Source: an uncultured virus (IMG/VR IMGVR_UViG_3300001592_000009) (lineage: Duplodnaviria > Heunggongvirae > Uroviricota > Caudoviricetes). Taken from it: a DNA stretch of 64,000 bases. Made by a program: the position numbers and the translations under genes. A model generated the notes under the pieces. That model worked only from the letters and a program-made list of their open reading frames with translations. It was not told the DNA's origin and ran no database searches. Where the stretch lies: the IMG/VR virus record IMGVR_UViG_3300001592_000009. The stretch is one strand, 5' to 3'. Shown piece after piece: positions 57,284 to 64,000 of this stretch (positions are counted from its first letter, which is position 1; the number at the start of each line of letters is the position of its first letter).

Positions 57284-58810
57284 ATGGATGAAAACGTCAT
57301 TCTTACCAAGTGTATCACGCTGCTCTTCCGAGAATCCCAATTGGAGAGCGGTTCCGAGTCCAGTGTGGACACGGTAAGGACACTGTTGGAGAAGCTGAAG
57401 ATCAGCAACCACGACATCGGCATCGCTACACGCCGTAGCTCCATGCTGGCTATGAAGAACCTGGCGCTGGATCTGTGCAACCGATCTTCGGATGAACCCA
57501 TGGATGCTACGGAACTGCTTCAACAGATCCGTGTCATCACCAATGGTGACAACAATCTCTACACTGCTTTTGAGCAGGGTATCCAGCCGGAGCTGGTGGG
57601 CGCGAGCCTCAAGAGGACCATCACAAACCTTCGGAAGACACTGACCAACCATTACCGAGAACAGCGAACCATAGACATCGTTCGGAAAGCCAACCGTGAA
57701 CTGGGCTTTGAACGTCATAATATCCCAGATCTCGGTAACTACATCCGAGACCTGATGACGGAACTGGAAGCCAGCACCATGAAGTCCTCGGGTAAAGACC
57801 CAGCTCTGGTGTTCTCCATGGATGTGGGTGATGACAGTTCCATGGCTGAAGTTTTTGAGAAGGTGACCAGTTCCAACGACGCAGGTTTGGCCTATACGAC
57901 GGGTTGGAAGGAGATGAACGATGCCCTTCAAGGCGGTCCTCGTTCCGGCGACTGTGTGGTGATCGGTGCGCTTCAACACAACTACAAGTCCGGGATGTCC
58001 TTGTCGATGACGACTCACATTCCGATCTACAACAAACCGAAGTGCAAAGACCCTACCAAGAAGCCCCTGATTTACCGAGCCACCTTCGAAGATCCAGCTC
58101 GTAACAACGCGCAGTTCATGTACCAGCTCCTCAAGTACGATGAGACTGGCGAGCATGTAGATGTCAAGGGCGTGTCTGCCAAGGANATGGCGAACTATGT
58201 CCGTGACCGTATCCGCGTCAACGGCTACCATTTCATCATCGATGAAGTGAACCCGGCGGACTGGACCTATCAATCTCTGATTTCCCGCATCATCGAACTG
58301 GAATCGGAAGGCTACTGTGTCGAAGTGTTGTCTGTGGACTACCTGGCCAAGCTGCCTACCACGGGCTGTGTTCAAGGTTCTATCGGCGACGACATGCTGG
58401 ATATGCTTTCCCGCGTCAGAGGGTTCTGCTCAGCCCACGGCATCCTCTTCATCACGCCCCATCAACTTTCCACTGAAGCTGCACGTATCATGCAGACAGT
58501 ATCTAACGACCAGTTTCTCCACGCCATCAAGGGTGGTGGCTACTTCGAAAAGACCAAAGGACTTGGTCGCATCTATGACATCGGCATCTTGATCCACAAA
58601 TGTGAGACAGAGACAGGCGACTACCTTCACGTTGTGGTGGATAAACATCGGTTCCCATCGGTAGCGGATTCTCGATTGAAGTCCTTCTTCATGAAGTTCC
58701 CATCGAACAAAATGCCTATCCCGGCCAATGTGAACAATCCGGAGCACAAGACTCTGCGCAAGATCCCTCGGACGACCCAGTCCAAGGACGATTCATTCTT
58801 TGAGCTCTGA
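57284..58810 (+). CDS. DnaB-like replicative helicase (phiKZ gp118-like)
   Basis: TTGWKEMN..LQGG, deviant Walker A GALQHNYKS, Walker B VDYL, TPHQLS, KHR. Confidence 0.9.
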   Translation: MDENVILTKCITLLFRESQLESGSESSVDTVRTLLEKLKISNHDIGIATRRSSMLAMKNLALDLCNRSSDEPMDATELLQQIRVITNGDNNLYTAFEQGIQPELVGASLKRTITNLRKTLTNHYREQRTIDIVRKANRELGFERHNIPDLGNYIRDLMTELEASTMKSSGKDPALVFSMDVGDDSSMAEVFEKVTSSNDAGLAYTTGWKEMNDALQGGPRSGDCVVIGALQHNYKSGMSLSMTTHIPIYNKPKCKDPTKKPLIYRATFEDPARNNAQFMYQLLKYDETGEHVDVKGVSAKXMANYVRDRIRVNGYHFIIDEVNPADWTYQSLISRIIELESEGYCVEVLSVDYLAKLPTTGCVQGSIGDDMLDMLSRVRGFCSAHGILFITPHQLSTEAARIMQTVSNDQFLHAIKGGGYFEKTKGLGRIYDIGILIHKCETETGDYLHVVVDKHRFPSVADSRLKSFFMKFPSNKMPIPANVNNPEHKTLRKIPRTTQSKDDSFFEL

Positions 58811-58812
58811 TC

Positions 58813-58858
58813 AAAAAAGAAACACAGGTGGATGGGGTCTTCCCATCCACCTGTGACG
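58813..58858. terminator. Bidirectional terminator (U-tract on minus strand, TGTGACG on plus strand)
   Basis: CACAGGTGGATGGG / CCCATCCACCTGTG stem. Confidence 0.8.
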
Positions 58859-58865
58859 CTATCCA

Positions 58866-59099
58866 CTATAGGTGGTCTTTGAGCAGCTGCTTTCTACGCT
58901 GATCGTATTCGCTGGTGGAAAGAGGTTTCGATTGACTCATCAGGTCGAAAGCTGCCGATTTCGAGCTACTGATAACTTCCTTAACTTTCTTTTTAGCTCT
59001 TTTATGCAGGTAGAGAGCTGCAAAACAGACGAGCAGCACGAGAACGAAGAGCGTAATAGCGACAAGATATTCGGAAAAGAAGTTCATAAGAGAGCTCAT
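58866..59099 (-). CDS. Small single-TM membrane protein
   Basis: YLVAITLFVLVLLVCFAALYL followed by a basic stretch. Confidence 0.6.
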   Translation of the reverse strand: MSSLMNFFSEYLVAITLFVLVLLVCFAALYLHKRAKKKVKEVISSSKSAAFDLMSQSKPLSTSEYDQRRKQLLKDHL

Positions 59100-59125
59100 T
59101 GGAAAGTCCTTTGATTGAAGTGGAT

Positions 59126-59527
59126 TTAGGATGGTTTCTTCTTGTTGTCGATATCGTCCCAGTACTCATGGTAGATCTCAGCACGGAGGACAAACCCATC
59201 TTTGTCAACCAGCAACTTGACTGGAGTGCCTGTGCGCTCGCATTCACGAAGAATGTCCCGGGTATAGAGATCAACTCCCTCTGGAGAGCGGGTAGTGTGG
59301 AGCTGATAAGCCACTAGCAGTTCAGCCGAGAGATCGTATCGATGTAGAACAAAACGACCATGTCCGACGTTCATTTTCGCTTCGAATACATTTTCGAAAA
59401 CCATGATGAACTTTACATCTTCACACTGGCAGTCACTTCTCTGGTGAAAGTGCTGAATGGTCAGAATGGCGGGGTTCGGACTATAACCCGGTGGGTGAAA
59501 ATTAACGAGTTTGTAACTGTGTTTCAT
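59126..59527 (-). CDS. Hypothetical protein
   Basis: Likely start MKHSYK. Confidence 0.55.
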   Translation of the reverse strand: MKHSYKLVNFHPPGYSPNPAILTIQHFHQRSDCQCEDVKFIMVFENVFEAKMNVGHGRFVLHRYDLSAELLVAYQLHTTRSPEGVDLYTRDILRECERTGTPVKLLVDKDGFVLRAEIYHEYWDDIDNKKKPS

Positions 59528-59604
59528 TACGACCTTCCGATTGGATCGAGTGATAGCTCCACATAGCCTCCAGGAGCCCCTTAGAGGGCTCCTGGAGGCT
59601 CTTG

Positions 59605-59889
59605 TCACGCAATATAGATGATTGCCACCACAGTGACATAGAGAAGGAAGCCGAAGATTACAGTGGCTCCTCGAAACATCCCCATCGCCGTATGGTAGAC
59701 TTCCTCGAAAAGCTTCCTCAGCAGATGGATGTCCTCCTGGATACAGTTCGAGTTGTGTTCCTTGGCGTACTCAGAGGAGAGCCTTCTGAGCTCTTTCCAG
59801 AGATACTCTTCCCCGTGTTTCAGAAAGGAGAACATGACGATGGCTGTAAGGCCGGACCAGGCAAAGATGTAGAGAAGTTTATAGAGCAT
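59605..59889 (-). CDS. Small two-TM membrane protein
   Basis: Two hydrophobic segments flanking a polar loop. Confidence 0.55.
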   Translation of the reverse strand: MLYKLLYIFAWSGLTAIVMFSFLKHGEEYLWKELRRLSSEYAKEHNSNCIQEDIHLLRKLFEEVYHTAMGMFRGATVIFGFLLYVTVVAIIYIA

Positions 59890-59894
59890 GTTAA

Positions 59895-61196
59895 TCAGTA
59901 GTGGTGGTACCACTCAGATCTTTGTTTTTCACCGCCTTCAGCAAACAAGAAGACTATCTCCTTATCCACTTTCTCATCGAACTCAAGATAAGTCTTAGGC
60001 ATGCCTGCGTAAAGAATCGCTTTCAAATCACTGAGGAGAGGACTTTCGAAACCTACTTTGAGACTATAGAACATCAGTCTGGAGTGGTAGTGAAGCAGGG
60101 CACTATAGACATCTTCACCCGGTACAGAGAGCTGTTTCAAACGCTCCGCCGCAGCGGTGTCGAAAATAGTCGATCCACCTTCACTAATCCTGCTGAAAGC
60201 CAGAGCTGTGATGATGGTGTTTCTTTCCTCCATGAGATGGTTGGCTTTCTCAATGCCGACAGTCAGCGAGTGAGATGTTTCGTCCTCGGAGACTTTCGGA
60301 GTCTCTGTGAAAGGTTTCTTCTGAGAAGCTTCACGCTCTTCGATGAAGTGACAAATACGCCTCAACGTAGCAACGATCCAACGAGCATCCGTATCGAGGT
60401 TACGAGATCCCCATTGGCCAATGGCCCCGACATAGATCAATGCCGGTGGTATCGTCTTAGGGTTGCCGTCCCACCCATTGAAAAAACTCGTGAGATTGTC
60501 CTTGAGGTAAGAAGTCTCTCTGCTACTAGGCACAATCAGAGTGAGAAGGGTTCGAAGGATCGCAATGGACAGAACGAGCTTTTCCGGGTTAAGGACAGCT
60601 GTCAGCTTATCCAGCATGGTGAAAAGCGTAGAGATCTCCTCTAAACGTCCGGAAGGCTGGATGTTCGGAAGAACTGACCGATCTGAAGAAGGTTCTTTGA
60701 CCTCTTCTTTCTGTGAAGAGTCGAGAACGGTGATGACGCCTATTCCCATATCCACCTCAATACTCGAAACATTCTGCCCTTTTACTATCTTAAAGCTGCC
60801 GTATCCGTTCTTCCGGATGTCGACTGCCCAGAGGTCTCGGAGATCGACCTCCGACAGAAGTCCGTACTGTGCGGTTCTTTTGTGAAGACCTAATGGTGAA
60901 AAGGTGGTCTCTCCATCAGAGAGTTTGATGTAGATCTTTCGATCTTTCTTGAGGGTACTGCTGTTCTCACGATCAGATGGGAAAACATGGACGTCGGGAG
61001 ATGGATCGCCTGAAGTGAATATTCGGTCAAATTCAAGCTCGGTTGGCGGACGCTCCCCTTCCGTCAGATTCAGAAATTCTTTCACGAAATTGCGTCGGAT
61101 GATCGTCAGTCCGACAAGTTCTGCCGCTTTGATGAACTCTTCACGGAGCTCTTTGAACGTGGCGAAGCGAGCTTCTAAGATCTTTGAATGTGTCAC
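59895..61196 (-). CDS. Hypothetical protein (~433 aa)
   Basis: Long ORF, probable GTG start after SD AAGGA. Confidence 0.6.
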   Translation of the reverse strand: MTHSKILEARFATFKELREEFIKAAELVGLTIIRRNFVKEFLNLTEGERPPTELEFDRIFTSGDPSPDVHVFPSDRENSSTLKKDRKIYIKLSDGETTFSPLGLHKRTAQYGLLSEVDLRDLWAVDIRKNGYGSFKIVKGQNVSSIEVDMGIGVITVLDSSQKEEVKEPSSDRSVLPNIQPSGRLEEISTLFTMLDKLTAVLNPEKLVLSIAILRTLLTLIVPSSRETSYLKDNLTSFFNGWDGNPKTIPPALIYVGAIGQWGSRNLDTDARWIVATLRRICHFIEEREASQKKPFTETPKVSEDETSHSLTVGIEKANHLMEERNTIITALAFSRISEGGSTIFDTAAAERLKQLSVPGEDVYSALLHYHSRLMFYSLKVGFESPLLSDLKAILYAGMPKTYLEFDEKVDKEIVFLFAEGGEKQRSEWYHHY

Positions 61197-61248
61197 GGTG
61201 AGGTTTCCTTGGACGATGTGGTTGAGACAGTTTAAACAAACAGCAGAC

Positions 61249-61290
61249 AAAAAGAGAGAGGCCGAAGGGCCTCTCTCTGTTCTTATGCAC
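61249..61290 (-). terminator. Intrinsic terminator of the chimallin gene, U-tract class
   Basis: AGAGAGAGGCC-cttc-GGCCTCTCTCT followed by a T run. Confidence 0.8.
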
Positions 61291-61298
61291 CGAGGTGC

Positions 61299-63218
61299 TT
61301 ATGCACGGCCGTAGCCGCCACGGTAGCCGCTGTAGCTGTAGCCGCGCGAGGAAGAGCGCGGCTGGTAGCCAGACCGGTAGGTCGAAGTGCCGCTGGACAG
61401 CGAACGGCTCACGAAGTCGGGCGAAGGAACACCACTGCGCAGCTCGTCTGCGTTGAGCGGGGTATTCACCGTGGTCGGGATGTTCATCTGGCTGATGGCG
61501 TTCGAGATGGCCTTCACGAAGTCATCCGAGAAGGTCACGCGAGCGCTGTAGCGATCGATGGTGGCCGACTGGTTGCAAGCATCTTGGATGATGCCTTCGC
61601 GGATGGCGCAGTTGCGTTCGGGAGACACGCCGGGGCGGTTCACGAAGGTGTTGCTGTACTCGAAGATGACCGCGGGGTCGTTCTTGTACAGGTTGCAGAT
61701 CGCCGTCAGGTCGATGTTGGCCAGATCCTGGATGCTGCCATCCGAGGCACGGTAGCGCCCACCCGGCACCCGCACGATGTTGGTGAACATCGGCATCTTA
61801 TCCAGGTCGAAGAAACTGCCGAAGTGGTTGTCGGTCAGCTCCATCAGCGCGTCGAAGATCTGGCGGCGTGCGTCGTTGTCACCGGAGGCGGCAGCGGCGA
61901 ACACGTTCAGGTACCAGGACTGAGGGCCAGCTTCAGGGCAATCCATGGAAATCACCAGACCTTGACGGAACAGTGCCGTCAGGTAGGCGTTCACCTTGGG
62001 GATGTCGTTGGCGAACTTCTCGATGTTCACTTCACGACCGAAACCACCCAGGTCTTCTTCGCGATGGATGTTGGCCGGGATGTTCAGGGCACCGATGTTC
62101 ACGATATCCACATCACCCTTGGTCACACCCTTGGACTTGGGCAGGAAGCCTTGGATCCAGGTATCGCCATCAACCAGCGCCAGCACGCTCGAGATCGCCA
62201 TCAGCACTGCCGCGGGAGACGTGGCAAACTCGGTACGCACGCTGGTCAGCACCAGTTCTGCGACGAAGGACTGCGTCGGCAGATTCTGGTTGTAGCCTGC
62301 GGGCTGAAAGCCGAAGTTCTGATGCTGGTGCAGGGGCGACCAGATCGGCTGCAGGAAGCCGCTCAATTCGCAGATCTGCGCCACGCTATCCGCCACGTTC
62401 ACGGTACGGAGACCGGTGAAGTTGTTGGCGTTCTTCTTCTGGCTGGTGTAGTTGATCAGCACCGATGCGCGCTGCGGGTTGCCGACGATGTCGACCACCT
62501 GGTGGTTGCCAAAGGTCACGTCGATCACGAAGCGGCAATCGGGATCCATCTGCGCCAGGTTCAGATCACCGAAGTTGCCAGTGACGCCGTTGATCGTGGA
62601 GACGCAGGCCAGAGCGGCGTTGCGGGCCACGTTCTCGAAGTCTGCCGACATGTTGCCAGTACCGACAGCGGTGGAGACAGGCGGCTGGACATGACCAGGG
62701 ACCACCATGGCATCGGCACTGTAGATGTGGCACGAGGGGAACTCGGCCGTCACAGCGTCGTAGGCCTTCTTCTGCAGCACGTCGTCGAAGGCGTCGCCGG
62801 TGACCATGTTGACACGGACTTGCTGGTTGTCCATGTTGACCATGCGAGGCGTCAGCTTCTCACCAGTGGCTTCGAGGATCAGGGTGTGGTAGGCTGCCAC
62901 GTTGCTGCTGACCTTGGGCATGCGGACCGCCACCACGATGGCGGAGAAACGCATCTCCTGGGCGTTCTGGCGATTCAAGCTGATGATCTTCAGCTCTACA
63001 CCTTCAACGATGTCCTTGAACAGCTCATTGATGGCGGTACGGAACTTGGTGAAGTACTCACCACCCACACCTGCGGCCACGGGGGACTTGGTCAGGTTGG
63101 TTTGGTGGAAGGACCACATCCCGCCCTTCTGGGTCTGGGCAGCAGCACTCTGGTAGGCGTCCTGACGCGCGCCGGTGTTGNCTTGGTCGTTGCTGGTGTT
63201 GTCGTCTACGATGGCCAT
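61299..63218 (-). CDS. chmA: Chimallin, major phage-nucleus shell protein
   Basis: 639 aa with ordered motifs matching the recalled 201phi2-1/phiKZ chimallin: DIVGNPQRASV (cf. DTVGNPIRADI), WIQGFLP (WARPFLP), NIGAL (DIGAL), FGSFFD (FERFFD), ARVTFSDDFVKAI (AERCTYNAKFIEAL). Low-complexity termini and strong codon bias. Confidence 0.85.
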   Translation of the reverse strand: MAIVDDNTSNDQXNTGARQDAYQSAAAQTQKGGMWSFHQTNLTKSPVAAGVGGEYFTKFRTAINELFKDIVEGVELKIISLNRQNAQEMRFSAIVVAVRMPKVSSNVAAYHTLILEATGEKLTPRMVNMDNQQVRVNMVTGDAFDDVLQKKAYDAVTAEFPSCHIYSADAMVVPGHVQPPVSTAVGTGNMSADFENVARNAALACVSTINGVTGNFGDLNLAQMDPDCRFVIDVTFGNHQVVDIVGNPQRASVLINYTSQKKNANNFTGLRTVNVADSVAQICELSGFLQPIWSPLHQHQNFGFQPAGYNQNLPTQSFVAELVLTSVRTEFATSPAAVLMAISSVLALVDGDTWIQGFLPKSKGVTKGDVDIVNIGALNIPANIHREEDLGGFGREVNIEKFANDIPKVNAYLTALFRQGLVISMDCPEAGPQSWYLNVFAAAASGDNDARRQIFDALMELTDNHFGSFFDLDKMPMFTNIVRVPGGRYRASDGSIQDLANIDLTAICNLYKNDPAVIFEYSNTFVNRPGVSPERNCAIREGIIQDACNQSATIDRYSARVTFSDDFVKAISNAISQMNIPTTVNTPLNADELRSGVPSPDFVSRSLSSGTSTYRSGYQPRSSSRGYSYSGYRGGYGRA

Positions 63219-63350
63219 CGTTTTCTCTTTCTTTCGATTGTAGGACTGTGCACAGTCCCATTGTTTCCAGGAGTTTTGGGAAAAGGGTACTCCAAGCTGA
63301 CCCATTGCTACTAACCTAACCTACGACATCCGTAAGGCGTCGTCAAGTAG

Positions 63351-63367
63351 GATATACGTTACTGAAA
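63351..63367 (-). promoter_or_regulatory. Putative early-type promoter of chimallin
   Basis: TTTCAGTAACGTATATC. Confidence 0.5.
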
Positions 63368-63552
63368 CTCTGCTTGAAACAGACCTGTGGAGACTGCGGG
63401 CAGAGTACGGGGTGAGTGCACCGCGACCGTATTCACGATCGACTGGTGTGCTCCATAGATATAGGAAGTTGTAGAATCTTTTTACTGAAAGGGTGTAAAG
63501 AGGGACATCGTTTGAACGACAGCATCAGAAAACATCCTAAGGACACCTCTTC

Positions 63553-64000
63553 ATGTATTCCCTTTTCAGCGATCCTCCCAAGAAGCTGGGAGGGTCTATC
63601 CAACTTCCCCGGTTCCATGATGTAGAGAAAGCTACTATCAGGGACATTGAGAAGATCACGGACTACTACCGCTACGGATCGTTTGCGGTAAAAACCAACC
63701 ACATCCTGGTGAGACTGATTCTGAGCATGAATCTTCCGCTCAGTTATGACGCGTCTCAGTACTATGGGTTGGCTACCCAGCGTGCGCTGTACGTCGCCAC
63801 AAGCCTAGGGATGACATCGTCTATCTCCAAAGGAAGATTGCATCCGGGTCTTTTTTACTACGGCTGCCCTGAGATCCTTATCGCTTACACGGATCTGGAA
63901 CGACCTTTTGCCATGGAGACTTATTGGAAGGAGCTCTCCCCTGTCAAGGTGCTGAACCACCCTCTCAACAACATGGGGTACACCATCCCCGATGGCGTGG
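63553..64000 (+). CDS. Conserved phiKZ-like protein divergent from chimallin (partial, runs off the window)
   Basis: Open frame MYSLFSDPPKK...VKTNHILVRLIL...WKELSPVKVLNHP with no stop to the window end. Not in the supplied ORF track. Confidence 0.7.
   Translation, partial: MYSLFSDPPKKLGGSIQLPRFHDVEKATIRDIEKITDYYRYGSFAVKTNHILVRLILSMNLPLSYDASQYYGLATQRALYVATSLGMTSSISKGRLHPGLFYYGCPEILIAYTDLERPFAMETYWKELSPVKVLNHPLNNMGYTIPDGV

Noticed and set aside
57960..57995. Non-canonical Walker A (GALQHNYKS) suggesting an inactive helicase
   Set aside because: As I recall, this variant is typical of phiKZ-like DnaB proteins, and the other motifs are intact.
1..64000. CRISPR arrays, tRNA/rRNA genes, introns, inteins, transposases
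   Set aside because: None recognised by eye. The hairpins are isolated rather than regularly spaced, and the RNAP, polymerase and helicase ORFs show no large insertions with splicing motifs.

Overview
This window is part of a phiKZ-related, nucleus-forming jumbo phage genome (Chimalliviridae-like) that infects a Gram-negative host. Markers: a chimallin (nuclear shell) homolog at 61299-63218, major capsid protein, portal, DnaB-like helicase, two stand-alone fragments of split multisubunit RNA polymerases, the exonuclease/motif-A half of a split family-B DNA polymerase, RuvC, head/inner-body and baseplate genes, a tail-appendage cluster (fibronectin-III and FG-GAP proteins), and a dispersed lysis set (endolysin, holin candidate, two spanins). 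phiKZ gene-number assignments come from recalled motifs and synteny, not from a search. The most interesting signals are: (1) a -1 ribosomal frameshift cassette (U_UUU_UUC plus an H-type pseudoknot) joining 49583-51214 to 51250-51627, resembling a G/GT tail-chaperone pair; (2) FnIII scaffold proteins that lack their last beta-strand, while two separately encoded beta-propeller proteins begin with that strand, suggesting plug-and-socket assembly by donor-strand complementation; (3) a recurrent promoter-like motif ahead of non-virion genes and two terminator classes that track gene class; (4) several structured-RNA candidates. The sequence is an imperfect consensus: Ns fall mostly at third codon positions, and one gene is broken by indels.
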